From assembly GCA_965208835.1 (NCBI GenBank), contig OZ242358.1, positions 4,992,001 through 5,056,000 on the forward strand: 64,000 nt of DNA. Reading direction: 5' to 3'. This document shows positions 10,145 to 20,155 of this stretch, in pieces. The notes beneath the pieces are model-generated. The model did not search any database. It saw only the letters and a list, made by a program, of their open reading frames with translations, and had not been told where the DNA came from. The position numbers and the translations under genes were made by a program. This DNA is from Candidatus Latescibacterota bacterium. GTDB taxonomy: Bacteria > Latescibacterota > UBA2968 > GCA-2709665. Position 1 is the stretch's first letter, and each line of letters opens with the position of its first letter.

Positions 10145-11374
10145 TCAGTCCTCTTTCTCCATGAACGCACCCTCCCGTTGGATTCGTTCGTAGACCCGCG
10201 CGAACGCCGCCGATCCGTCGTCCTCCCACACCTCCGAATTCACCCCGCGGATGGACCCTTCCTCGAATCCGGTGAGCCGACGCACGTCCGGTATGCTCGG
10301 CGAATACATCCTGTTGCCGCCAGGCAGGTAGAGGACGCCCACGTGTTTCGGCATCTGTGTGGGGCCGACCGCCGCCAGGCGCGCGAGCTTCTCCTCGTCC
10401 ACCTCGAACCCCAGTCCCGGCGCCTCGGGCACCGGCGAACATCCCTCGGCGATCTCGATACGCTCTGTTGTAATGTCCTCTTCATACTGGTCGTCCAGAT
10501 TGATCGAATGCCCCGCGGTCGGCAACACCGCCCCGAGGTGCATGGCCAGCGCCTTCGTCAGCGTGCCCCCGGTCAACTGCACCACCGCCTGCACGTTCGC
10601 CTTTCCATACGCGAACCCGCGGAAGAGCGCGTCTCCGAACCCGCCGCAATATTCGCCGACAATGTAGGCGTCCGCCATACCCATGATCATTTCCTGCAAC
10701 CCGCCCAGCGGGGGCAGATGCATCACGAGGGGTACGATGCACTGCGCCCGCAGCCGCCGCCACCCGTCCACGTCGGTCAGCAGCAGCGGGTCCTCGATGA
10801 ACCCCACCACCCTGGACCGCTCCAGGGCTTTCACGATGGGCAGCACCGTTGCCATCGCCCGATTGTGGTTCATATCCCACTGCATCAGGAAACCATCCGG
10901 CGCCACGTCCTCCACCGCCCGGTTCTGTTCGAACACGTCGAAATGCTGGCATGTATGCATCTTGAACATCATATAGCCCTGGTCCACGGCGCGGACGATC
11001 TCCCTGCTCAGGTCTTCCGGCGACGCCGGCCGGGTCCACGCCATCACGGGTACGCGGTCCCGCACCTTCTGTCCCATCAGCTTGTAGGCGGGGATGCCCA
11101 GGTGCTTGCCCATCACGTCGTACAGCGCGCCGCCCAGCGCCAGGTGCAATGTCTCATGGTTGAGGAAATCGAACGGGCTGCGGTCGATCAGATGCGCCAC
11201 GCTCTCCTTCGGCGGCGCGGCAGAACGGTAGTCTCCGTAGCCGACGATCCCGTTGTCGGTCACCACCTTGAAAATGGTCCGCTGGTCGATGGCGCGAAGA
11301 CGCACCTTGTGATCCGCGTACCGGGCGGCGAGTCCCGGGTTGATCGGGATAATGTCGATATCGACGATTTTCAT
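10145..11374 (-). CDS. Mandelate racemase/muconate lactonizing enzyme family protein
   Basis: ALYDVMGKHLGIPAYKLMG, FIEDP, PEAPGLG; ATG 11374 overlaps the upstream stop (ATGA). Confidence 0.82.
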   Translation of the reverse strand: MKIVDIDIIPINPGLAARYADHKVRLRAIDQRTIFKVVTDNGIVGYGDYRSAAPPKESVAHLIDRSPFDFLNHETLHLALGGALYDVMGKHLGIPAYKLMGQKVRDRVPVMAWTRPASPEDLSREIVRAVDQGYMMFKMHTCQHFDVFEQNRAVEDVAPDGFLMQWDMNHNRAMATVLPIVKALERSRVVGFIEDPLLLTDVDGWRRLRAQCIVPLVMHLPPLGGLQEMIMGMADAYIVGEYCGGFGDALFRGFAYGKANVQAVVQLTGGTLTKALAMHLGAVLPTAGHSINLDDQYEEDITTERIEIAEGCSPVPEAPGLGFEVDEEKLARLAAVGPTQMPKHVGVLYLPGGNRMYSPSIPDVRRLTGFEEGSIRGVNSEVWEDDGSAAFARVYERIQREGAFMEKED

Positions 11375-12285
11375 CTCAGCACTCCTGTTGAAGTGAAGAA
11401 TTCCCTGAGCCCGTCCATCTCCCGGTCGTTCAACGAATAGTAGGGTTTCCGGCGCCAGCGCCCGGCCACGCCGAAGATTTCCATCGCCCCGTGCAGCCCC
11501 GCGTTCCACCCGCCGGTCAGTTTGCCGATATAGTCGAAGAACGGCATGTCGTACTTCCGCATGACCTTTCGCGCCCCCTCGACGTCCGCTTTCCGGATCG
11601 CGCTCCAGTATCGCCGCGCGATCTCCGGCTTGAGCGTAATGTACGTCGACATATATCCGTCGCATCCATACGGCCACATATTCATGTGGTTCACCTTCTG
11701 CCCGCCGGCGAACACCGCCACCCGGTCGTGAGCGACCAGGCATAGCCGGCGGGCGAAATCCGCGCACATATCGTCCTTTATGGCCACCACGTTTTCGAAT
11801 CCGTCAAGCGTTCTGTCGATCACCTCCAGTCCGAATTCCGGACCCTGCGCGGAAAAAGCGCCGGTAACGATCATAACCGGCATCGTCCGGGACACCGCGC
11901 CGTAGTGTTCGACCATCGTCTCCACCGTACACGACGGCCCCCAGTTGGGCGGAAGCACCATCAGCACGTCCGCACCCTGATCTTTCGCGAATGACGCAAA
12001 GGCGATCGAGCGCCGGGTGTCGTGATACCGGTCGGCCGCCACAACCATTCCCCGTCCCGCCGTATGCTCGCACGCGACCCGGGTCACTTCCGCGATCTCC
12101 GCCTCCGACATACAGATATAGTGGCTGTCTCCCACGGTCAGCAGCACGGTGCGGCTCCCTCCCTCCAGCACGAAATCAATCTGGTGCCGCAGCCCGTCGT
12201 AATCCACGCTGCCGTCCTTCTTGAACGGCGTTGCGATCGACGAAATGATCCCGGTCAGATGCGCACGAACTTCGTCTCGATCCAT
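11371..12285 (-). CDS. Dihydrodipicolinate synthase (DapA/NAL) family aldolase/lyase
   Basis: IATPFKKDGSVDYDGL, GADVLMVLPP, NVVAIKDD (Schiff-base Lys). Confidence 0.85.
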   Translation of the reverse strand: MDRDEVRAHLTGIISSIATPFKKDGSVDYDGLRHQIDFVLEGGSRTVLLTVGDSHYICMSEAEIAEVTRVACEHTAGRGMVVAADRYHDTRRSIAFASFAKDQGADVLMVLPPNWGPSCTVETMVEHYGAVSRTMPVMIVTGAFSAQGPEFGLEVIDRTLDGFENVVAIKDDMCADFARRLCLVAHDRVAVFAGGQKVNHMNMWPYGCDGYMSTYITLKPEIARRYWSAIRKADVEGARKVMRKYDMPFFDYIGKLTGGWNAGLHGAMEIFGVAGRWRRKPYYSLNDREMDGLREFFTSTGVLR

Positions 12286-12300
12286 AAAGAACCCCAATCA

Positions 12301-12511
12301 GAAAGGCGGGAGAGGGAAGAGGGTAGAAGGCAGAGGACCACATCCCGCCCCACCACCTGGTGAGAGGGGAGCCGGGAGACGGGAGAGAATACCTGGCTTG
12401 TGACGATTCTTATCATGCCAAAGGCAAGGACGAATATCTCATCTGGCAAGGATTTCTTCTACCGTCTTACCTCTACCGTCTCACCGCATTTTTTCTACCG
12501 TCTCACCGCCT
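12301..12511 (+). repeat. Hairpin repeat element, copy 2 (long form)
   Basis: Same core (tgccaaaggca ... ggcaagg) plus a 5' module gaggaccaca..ccaccacctggtgagagggga shared with copy 6. Confidence 0.85.
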
Positions 12512-12524
12512 ATTGGCGTCCGCC

Positions 12525-12932
12525 TCAAGGCACCACCTCAAACCCCATCTGGCGGAAGTGATGATCCAGCGTCAACACACGCCGAATCCGCAATTCCTGC
12601 ATGAGAACGAAGCTGCAGCAATCCGTAAAGGAGAATTCCTTGTCCCTGTATCCGAAAAAGAGCGCACGGGCACGTTCCCGTCTCGGTTCGTGGATCGACT
12701 CGATCCTCAAGCGCGATGAGCCGTCGATCTGCCCCCACCACGCTTCAGCGGCATCCAGACCAAGGCGTGACCGGATGGTGGTCAGCGTCTCGTCGACAAC
12801 GTAGTCGCTCGTGGTCAGAAGGCCCCCGGACGAAAGCCAATTGTCGCGGGCTTCCCGCACTGCCGATCCCTTCGAATCCCGGCTATCCGCTGCAGCCACC
12901 CATCCGGCTGTATCCACGAATATCTGCCTCAC
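12525..12932 (-). CDS. vapC: PIN-domain toxin (VapC family)
   Basis: IFVDTAGW, YVVDET, SFTDCCSF, TLDHHF acidic tetrad. Confidence 0.9.
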   Translation of the reverse strand: MRQIFVDTAGWVAAADSRDSKGSAVREARDNWLSSGGLLTTSDYVVDETLTTIRSRLGLDAAEAWWGQIDGSSRLRIESIHEPRRERARALFFGYRDKEFSFTDCCSFVLMQELRIRRVLTLDHHFRQMGFEVVP

Positions 12933-13174
12933 GGGTACAGCACCTCGTCATGCCGTGCGGCAACGTCGCCCGATTCCGAAGCACCCACAGGAGGCACCTG
13001 GTAAAGGGGGTCCGCTTCAAGCGGCGTATTCTGGATTGGCGGACTGCCAACGGGGACGATGTCAAAAGCAGGACGACTGCGGTACAGGACGGTAAAGCGC
13101 GCGCCGTCTCGCACCTTTGAGACAACCTCCTTCAGACGCGCCCGAAGCTGTTTGGCGTTGATGATTTCTGGCAT
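12929..13174 (-). CDS. Phd/YefM family antitoxin
   Basis: INAKQLRARLKEVVSKVRDGARFTVLYRSRPAFDIVP; 4-nt overlap with the PIN gene. Confidence 0.85.
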   Translation of the reverse strand: MPEIINAKQLRARLKEVVSKVRDGARFTVLYRSRPAFDIVPVGSPPIQNTPLEADPLYQVPPVGASESGDVAARHDEVLYP

Positions 13175-13229
13175 CTTGTCTCCTTCTTCAAGTTTAACTT
13201 AAGATAAACTTTTTCAACGAAAAAGGCAA

Positions 13230-13372
13230 TAAGCGGGTAGAGGTGAGACGGGAGAGGGTAGAGATTACCTGCCTTGTGGATTTTTTCTTCTGGCCGGAGG
13301 CAATGAGGAAAGACAATCCAGGCAAGGCCATCTTCTCCCGTCTTCCGTCTCCCCTCTCCCCCGACTCTCCAT
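13230..13372 (+). repeat. Hairpin repeat element, copy 3
   Basis: gattacctgccttgtgga...ggccggaggcaa...ggcaaggccatcttctcccgtc with heptamer arms. Confidence 0.85.
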
Positions 13373-13930
13373 CTAATGGTGCCCTTCCTCCCTGTCGCTG
13401 TCTTCCTCGCTCCCTTCGTGCTTCTTTTTGTCATCGCCGTGTTCTTCCGCGCCTTCACCGTGCCCACCCTTGCTCGGCCCCCCGATGCGCAGAATATGTC
13501 CGTCTATGTCCGCGACCAGCATCTCACGCGCCTTCCAGGGCTGGTCGACGGGCTTCTGCCTGATATCCGCGCCCGCACGCGTTAACTTCTCGTGCAGTTC
13601 GTCGACATTATCGACGCTGTAGTAGATCCAGACCGGGCGGGCGCCCTGCGCATTCTCACAGAGAAAGATGGTCACCTCTCCATTGGTAATGGAGGCAAAG
13701 GTCTTGTCCTCTTCCCCTGCAGGCCAGTCCCAGTCCTTCCTGAAGCCGAGAACGGTGACGTAGTGCCCGATGCTCGCTTCGACGCTCGCGACGTTCAGGA
13801 TAGGGACGACCGCCGTGAACGCGGTGGATCCGGGACCGGAGTTCCCGTCGTGGCCTTCGTGGGCGGCGGCGATATGACTGACACCGATGACAATTCCTGC
13901 AACGATTGCTGCGATTCCATGACCCGTCAT
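13373..13930 (-). CDS. VOC/glyoxalase/bleomycin-resistance family protein with signal peptide and His/acidic tails
   Basis: VVPILNVASVEASIGHYVTVLGF, QPWKAREMLVADIDGHILRIG; hydrophobic N-terminus ending AAA. Confidence 0.82.
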   Translation of the reverse strand: MTGHGIAAIVAGIVIGVSHIAAAHEGHDGNSGPGSTAFTAVVPILNVASVEASIGHYVTVLGFRKDWDWPAGEEDKTFASITNGEVTIFLCENAQGARPVWIYYSVDNVDELHEKLTRAGADIRQKPVDQPWKAREMLVADIDGHILRIGGPSKGGHGEGAEEHGDDKKKHEGSEEDSDREEGHH

Positions 13931-14514
13931 GGTTTTCCTCCTGCGGTAGAGCGATTGGCTGACAGCACTCATCCGACAGTCAACACAGGTTAACGATACG
14001 TGTCCGAGATGTCAAACCGCGATATTCGCGGCAGGAAGTGGACAACCTGAATTGTTGCAGAAAGCGACTTGTGACGCAGACTGAGGCGCATTCCGCACCT
14101 TCTTATTCAGATTTTCTCATAAATGACTTTTAAACAACTATTTGTATCGATATGGGGCGCCGGAACACTCGGCACGGAACATCCCAAGGGTCGCAATCTG
14201 CAACACTGCCGCGAGCCTACACCTGATTATCGATAAACTTAACCCATTGATATTAAGGCAATTGACTCCAAATCCCGGATTCGGCACGGATTTTGTATGT
14301 ATTCAAGAACCCTCGTTCTGACAATAGGGCATGCGGTGTCTCTCCCGGAGTTCCGGAAACGCCCATCAACGACCCTCTCGACGAGCTCGCGGTTCGGAGC
14401 GTCACGCCGGCGACGGACGTGCGATGGAACCCTCATCGGGGCTCCTGCAAAAGACACACTTTTACGCTTCACCCATCGTGACCATCAGGACCCGAAGATC
14501 ATGGGAGGGAAACC

Positions 14515-15219
14515 ATGCGGTCTTCCGGCAACGGACTCGCCCACCAGATTGCAAAGCTGTTCAAAGAGCTGGTCGAACAGGAACTGAAGAGCATCGAACG
14601 GGCTATCGAAACGCAAAGGCGGGAGCTGCACAGAAAAATCAGCGCGAGGGAAACGGAATTGAGAGATGACGGCGGCCTGGATGCCCTGTTTGAGAATTAC
14701 AAAGCCGGCCTGTCCAAAACGGAGCGGCCGGAGAGCCGGGTACAGGAACGCCGCCTGTATTACAATTGGGAAGGGCGACTCAGGTCGGAACTGGGCAGTT
14801 GGAGAATGGAACTGGCTGAATTGGAAGATCGCATCAGTGACCCGCAGGCAGTACTGACAAGCGCGCGCAGGAAGGTCATGCGGCTGTTGCTGCGCGAGAC
14901 GCTGGTTGTGGTGAATCCGGGTTACAACAATAGACCGTCATCCCAAGACGAGGTGTGTGATACCCTCAAGGACTGCGTGATTCCGGTTATTCGACAAATG
15001 AGAAAAGGGAAGAGCCATTCGGAGGCCTTCCGGGTGGTTGCCGAAGAACTGGGTATCCGCAAAACAGCGGTTGCGTCCAGGTGTACAAGAGGCCTGGACC
15101 TTACTACGGAACAGTTTGTAAATCATGTTTCGAACGGCCGAATCGTTCAAGTTGTGAAGGAGAAATTCCCCGAGCAGATGCAACTGATCCGCCGTGAGTT
15201 GGCATCGCTCTATCCGTAG
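14515..15219 (+). CDS. Hypothetical protein (coiled-coil N-terminus, possible C-terminal HTH)
   Basis: 234-aa ORF with GGAGG RBS; SHSEAFRVVAEELGIRKTAVASRC resembles an HTH. Confidence 0.6.
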   Translation: MRSSGNGLAHQIAKLFKELVEQELKSIERAIETQRRELHRKISARETELRDDGGLDALFENYKAGLSKTERPESRVQERRLYYNWEGRLRSELGSWRMELAELEDRISDPQAVLTSARRKVMRLLLRETLVVVNPGYNNRPSSQDEVCDTLKDCVIPVIRQMRKGKSHSEAFRVVAEELGIRKTAVASRCTRGLDLTTEQFVNHVSNGRIVQVVKEKFPEQMQLIRRELASLYP

Positions 15220-15270
15220 TACTTGTCGATCTGTACGGGACTCGAATAGCCCGCGGCCCCGGGGCCCGTT

Positions 15271-16671
15271 CTATTTCTTAAGGGCCTCCAACCCGAACCT
15301 CTCGGTGGTGTCAAGGGTCTCCCTGACGTCTTCCCAGCTGGTGTTGTGGTTGATGATACACAGCCTGAGCGAAAACGTCCCGTGTAGCGTCGTCGAAGAA
15401 AACAACGCCCGATCTTCCCAGAACACGCGCGCAAGCACTTTCCTGTTGATTTCTTCCAGGGATGCCTCATCCAGTCCCGCGCCGCCGGGATTCACACGAA
15501 AACAAACCACACTCAGCGACACGGGCGTCACGAGTTCCAGGTTCGTATTTTTCTCCACGTACTCCCCGGCACGGCTGGCAAGTTCCATCCCCTTCGACAC
15601 GGCACGCCTGAACGCCGCCATCCCAAAGGTCTGTACCGACATCCAGATCTTCAGCGCGCGCATGGACCGGCTCAACTGCAGGCCCCGGTCCGCGATGTTG
15701 GGATGGTTCGTGCCCCACACGGTATCCTGCAGGACATCCGGGTGCACGGCGAATGCGCGATCGAGGGCGCCGGCGTCCTTCACCAGGAGGCATCCCGCCT
15801 CATACGGCTGGAAGAACCACTTGTGGGCGTCCAGACCGACCGAGTCGGCCCGCGCGATCCCCTTCAGGAGAGGCTTGCCCTGTTCGGTAACTGCCGCAAA
15901 ACCGCCGTACGCCGCATCCACATGCAGCCAGATACCTTCCGCCTCGCAGTAATCTGCCATCTCCTCCAGGGGGTCTATCGCCCCGGTGCTGCTTGTTCCG
16001 GCGTTCGCGCAAACCGCTATCGGGTTGAAGCCCGCCGCACGGTCCTCGGCCACCGACCTCACCAGGTGTTCCATATTCAGCCGGAACCGCTCGTCACTGG
16101 GAATGATGCGAATGCACTCCGGCCGGACGCCCACGACCCTGGCCGCGCGGACGTGGGCGCTGTGGCTCTGGTCGCTCATATACACGGTCGGCCGGTCCGG
16201 ATGTCCGGCTGCTTCACGCGCCGCCACGAACGCGTCCAGGCTGGCTGCCGAACCGCCGCTGGTGAGCAGGCCGCCGGCACTTTCCGGATAGCCGATCCAG
16301 TTTCGCAGCCAGTCAATAACCACCAGTTCAAGCTGGCTCGGACCGCTGGCAACCAGCCAGGTGCAGACGTTGTTGTTGTACCCCGCCGCCAGAAAGTCGG
16401 CAAGCACGCCCGGCCAGGTGGTGGACGACGGGATGAATCCGAAGCACCGCGGATGATCAAGCCGGGCCGCTAAGGGAAGGATATCCTTCGAGGCCTGCTC
16501 CATCACCTCCTCCGCGGGGCGTCCATCCTCGGGCGGCGGCGCCATCAGACGGTCATTCAGTTCCTGCCGGAACTCACCGTCCCACGCGCCTTCCGCAGGC
16601 AGGTCTTCGGATCGCGCAACCAGGAGTTCAGCGGCTTTGCGCGCCAGGTCGATCATCGCCTCAGACGACAT
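15271..16671 (-). CDS. Group II PLP-dependent decarboxylase (aromatic-L-amino-acid type)
   Basis: DHPRCFGFIP, TSGGS, WLHVDAAYGG, DAHKWFFQPY (PLP Lys). Confidence 0.9.
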   Translation of the reverse strand: MSSEAMIDLARKAAELLVARSEDLPAEGAWDGEFRQELNDRLMAPPPEDGRPAEEVMEQASKDILPLAARLDHPRCFGFIPSSTTWPGVLADFLAAGYNNNVCTWLVASGPSQLELVVIDWLRNWIGYPESAGGLLTSGGSAASLDAFVAAREAAGHPDRPTVYMSDQSHSAHVRAARVVGVRPECIRIIPSDERFRLNMEHLVRSVAEDRAAGFNPIAVCANAGTSSTGAIDPLEEMADYCEAEGIWLHVDAAYGGFAAVTEQGKPLLKGIARADSVGLDAHKWFFQPYEAGCLLVKDAGALDRAFAVHPDVLQDTVWGTNHPNIADRGLQLSRSMRALKIWMSVQTFGMAAFRRAVSKGMELASRAGEYVEKNTNLELVTPVSLSVVCFRVNPGGAGLDEASLEEINRKVLARVFWEDRALFSSTTLHGTFSLRLCIINHNTSWEDVRETLDTTERFGLEALKK

Positions 16672-16867
16672 CTGAAGATCGCCGCGCACACCGTGGTTCT
16701 TTTTCTTATCAGATTTTATAGCGCCGTCTCGTTGTTCATCGTTAACTCTCGGGGATTTCGCCTTTATTGTGGTCTTCTCCTCTATTCCGTGACGACAGGC
16801 TGCAATTCCGATGTTCAAGTCTAAAGGTGCGGACAATTTCCGGAAACGTCAAGCACCTTACCGACGC

Positions 16868-18388
16868 TTATTCGAAAACAGCCAACTCACCGTCCCTGAC
16901 GATCAACACAACCGGGTCGTAAGCCGCGTCCCCGCTGGCGTCGAAAGAAAACGCGCCCAGGACCGTAACCAGATCCCGCGTACCCGCCATCGCGTCACGA
17001 ATCTCGCCCGCGTCCGTCGACCATGCCCCGCCAATGGCCTCCACGAGAATGTAGAGGGCGGCGTACGATTGCGCCGCCCAGGTGTTGGGTTCGGAATCGT
17101 ATCTCTCAAGATAATTCGCGACAAAGGTCTCGTTGCCGGGCGTGTCAGCCGCGCCCGACCAGCTGAGAAATGAAATCGCGCCTTCCGCGGCGTCACCCGC
17201 AGTTTCGACTTCCGCCGCGGTCATTACCGGAACCAGGAATGGAATATTCGAGCCGATGCCGGCCTCGCGGGCCTGTATCAGTATCCTGGATTGTTCGGCG
17301 CCCAGGGCCGAGACAAAGACGGCATGCGGATTCAGCGCCTTGATACGCGTCAACTGTTCGGTAAACGTGGTATCGCCGGTGCTAATCGTCTCTCTCGTCA
17401 GGATTTCAACGTCAATCTCGTCCAGCGTTTTCCTGATCGTCTCGTCACTGCTGCTTGAAAAGACGTCGGTTTCGTCGACAATCGTCGCCACTCTCCGATA
17501 CCTCAGCTTTTCCTGCGTCCTCCTGACCGGACCCGGGATCAGCGCATTGACGTTCAGGCCGGAACGGAAAATGTAATCGCCGATCTCGCTCAGGCCGGCC
17601 GCCGTCGAGGTCGAACTGAACGCAACGACCTCTTTTTGTTGCGCGATCGGGAACGCCTCCCTCGCCGCGGTCGAGATAACCGGCCCGAGTATAACGGACA
17701 CGCCGTCCTGGTCGATCAGTTTGTTGAATGCGTCAACGGCGCCTTCGGCTGTACCCCTGGAGTCTTCGACAAGGAAGTTGATGCCGGCGCCGCCGAGTTT
17801 CGATGCGTTGGCAATCTCATCCCGGGCGAGTTCAAAGCCTTCTTTCGCGGGAAATCCGTAACGGGTCTGCGGTCCCGTCAGCGGCAGAACGACGCCGATG
17901 GCAATCTCCGCGGGGAGACCGCCCGGCGCCAACTTGATCGTACCCGCCGTACTCGCCCTGCCGCCCACCACCAATTCGACGGTCGTTTCAAATCCGCCGT
18001 TGACCGGAATGCTCGACCACGATCCCAGCATACTCCCGCCGCGCATCGCGCGCGCACGATAGTAACCGGTTACTCCGACCTCTGCGATCTCAATCCTCGC
18101 CTGACCGCGCGCGTTGGTCGTACGCGACCATTTGTATTCCGCCGCCCGCCCTGAAACGGATCTTCCGATTTCGACGGTAACGCCGCTGACGGGTTTTTGA
18201 CCCTGCATCACGCGAGCGTTCAAGACCGCCAGGTTCTGGCCCGCGCCCAGGGCCAGTTTACCTGGTGGCTTTACAACCCGGTCTTCGCCCTCCGGCGCGA
18301 GCGACGGTGTCCTGCTCTCGTTGCCGCAGCCCCACATCGCACCAGTCGCCAGCGCGACAAGGATGGCTCCGCGTATCCAGGTGTACAT
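16868..18388 (-). CDS. Lipoprotein: conserved N-terminal beta module + LivJ-type substrate-binding domain (subtype A)
   Basis: Lipobox AMWGC, GKLA linker, SGVTVEIGRSVSGR...GYYRARAM...GSWSSIP module, IAIGVVLPLTG, YIFRSG. Confidence 0.88.
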   Translation of the reverse strand: MYTWIRGAILVALATGAMWGCGNESRTPSLAPEGEDRVVKPPGKLALGAGQNLAVLNARVMQGQKPVSGVTVEIGRSVSGRAAEYKWSRTTNARGQARIEIAEVGVTGYYRARAMRGGSMLGSWSSIPVNGGFETTVELVVGGRASTAGTIKLAPGGLPAEIAIGVVLPLTGPQTRYGFPAKEGFELARDEIANASKLGGAGINFLVEDSRGTAEGAVDAFNKLIDQDGVSVILGPVISTAAREAFPIAQQKEVVAFSSTSTAAGLSEIGDYIFRSGLNVNALIPGPVRRTQEKLRYRRVATIVDETDVFSSSSDETIRKTLDEIDVEILTRETISTGDTTFTEQLTRIKALNPHAVFVSALGAEQSRILIQAREAGIGSNIPFLVPVMTAAEVETAGDAAEGAISFLSWSGAADTPGNETFVANYLERYDSEPNTWAAQSYAALYILVEAIGGAWSTDAGEIRDAMAGTRDLVTVLGAFSFDASGDAAYDPVVLIVRDGELAVFE

Positions 18389-18410
18389 AAAATATCCTCA
18401 AGTCAGACCG

Positions 18411-20021
18411 TTACGGCACGAACCGATAGACCACGGGCAATTGCGAGGGATCGGTGACGCTCGTGTCGGTGTGGTGGTAGATGTTGATTCGTCCGGTGCC
18501 GCAGTCGCCGAATTCGTCGCAGTCGAGCGTGCCGACGAGAGCCTCGAAACCGGACGTCGCGTGGAGTTTCCGGCGCAGCGCGTTGCGGTCCACGATCAGC
18601 TTGCCGTCCCTTGAAATCGCCACGGACTCGATGGCGCTGAGCAGCAGCGTTGTGGCGTCGTAGGAATGCGCCCAGTACGGGGTGCCCGGAAACCCGCCGT
18701 AGGCCGCGTCATATGCGGCCAGTGCCTCGTCCGCGCTCTTGCCGGTTACCGCATTCACATTCGTGCCGAGATCCGCCTCCGGTCCGGCGGCGTACACGCC
18801 TTCTGACTGCGGCGTGGCGAGAAACTCCGAGTCGAGCAAGGCTGCGCCGGCGATGAGCGTCACGCCCTCAAGACCGTCGAACTCCCGCGCCTGCTTCGCG
18901 AAAGGCAATCCTTCCTCGTCGAAGAGCGGGAAAAAGATGCCGTCCGGCCCCGCTTCCGCGAATTCCGACAGGACGGTCGTCATGTCCGTTTGCCCTTTGT
19001 CTATCCGTGCGCTGACGGGTACCTCGCCGCCCACTGCGGCGAACGCATCGCCGAACGCGCTCACGAGGGCCGTGGTATAGGCGTCTCCGTCGTCGACGGC
19101 CACCATGCGCCGCAGGCCAAGTTCGTTGTGTGCGAAATCCGCGACGGCCCGCGCCTGGTAGAGGTCGTTGATCGCAAGGCGGAAGTAACCGGAGTGATAG
19201 TCGGAGCTCGCGTTGCCCGCCAGGTCGGACGTCAATCTCGGTGACGTATTGGATGGCGAGATCATCACCAGTCCGGCCGCGCTGATGACCGGTGAGGCCG
19301 CCACCGCCGCGCCGGAGCATGAAGTTCCGATGACGCCAAGCACACGCGTATCCGAGACAATCTGCTCCGCGCCCGCCCGTCCGCCTTCCGGCCCGCACAG
19401 GCCGTCAATTGGATCGCCGAGTTCGACGTCGCGGCCCTGGACGGTTCCGTAGTCCTGGACGGCCAGCTCAACGGCATTGCGCGACGGAATGCCAAGCGAT
19501 GCCGAGATCGTATGGGTGAGCAGCGATCGGATGTGCAAGGCCTGGCCCTCGCCGAACGCAACCAGGGCCCGTTCATACGCACCCGTTACGCGCGCCTTGT
19601 CTCCAACAGGCAAATCGACTGTCGTCTCATATCCACCAGTAATCGGTATACTGGACCACGATCCCAGCGAGCTTCCGTCCTGCATCGCCCGGGCCCGGTA
19701 GTACCCTCCCGACCCGCCGACCTCCACCCGCGCCACGCCGTTCGCATCGGTCGTTCCCGATGCCTCGTAGTTGGCCGGGCGCCCGGAAATGGAACGTGCG
19801 ATTTCCACGGTGACCCCGCTTACCGGATTCGCACCTTGCATCACGCGGGCTACGACCAGGGCGGGTGCGGCGTCTCCACCGACAGCCAGTTTACCCAATG
19901 GCTGACCGTTTCGAACCTCCCCCTCGGGTACCTGCGACGTCGTCAGGCGTTCGCGCCCGCAACCCCAGGTTACAACTGCGACAAGCGCGAACAGAAACAA
20001 ACTGCGAACACGGGTTGACAT
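18411..20021 (-). CDS. Lipoprotein: same module + Cys-containing LivJ-type domain (subtype B)
   Basis: VTWGC, module, GVIGTSCSGAA, MISPSNTSP, LDCDEFGDCG. Confidence 0.88.
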   Translation of the reverse strand: MSTRVRSLFLFALVAVVTWGCGRERLTTSQVPEGEVRNGQPLGKLAVGGDAAPALVVARVMQGANPVSGVTVEIARSISGRPANYEASGTTDANGVARVEVGGSGGYYRARAMQDGSSLGSWSSIPITGGYETTVDLPVGDKARVTGAYERALVAFGEGQALHIRSLLTHTISASLGIPSRNAVELAVQDYGTVQGRDVELGDPIDGLCGPEGGRAGAEQIVSDTRVLGVIGTSCSGAAVAASPVISAAGLVMISPSNTSPRLTSDLAGNASSDYHSGYFRLAINDLYQARAVADFAHNELGLRRMVAVDDGDAYTTALVSAFGDAFAAVGGEVPVSARIDKGQTDMTTVLSEFAEAGPDGIFFPLFDEEGLPFAKQAREFDGLEGVTLIAGAALLDSEFLATPQSEGVYAAGPEADLGTNVNAVTGKSADEALAAYDAAYGGFPGTPYWAHSYDATTLLLSAIESVAISRDGKLIVDRNALRRKLHATSGFEALVGTLDCDEFGDCGTGRINIYHHTDTSVTDPSQLPVVYRFVP

Positions 20022-20155
20022 GGCAATCCCCTCCATTTTAGGATTTAACCGGGAAATGAACCCATAGAGTCAGTCAGATGCCTCGGGAACCGGCGTGTGA
20101 TACAGGAATGAAACCGACTAAGCGAAAACGGACACCGGAAGTTGCAGATGCAAGA

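Noticed and set aside
5057-11440. Long plus-strand ORFs (540, 370, 636 aa) and similar antisense ORFs across the window
   Set aside because: Shadow frames of well-supported opposite-strand genes in GC-rich DNA; no recognisable motifs.
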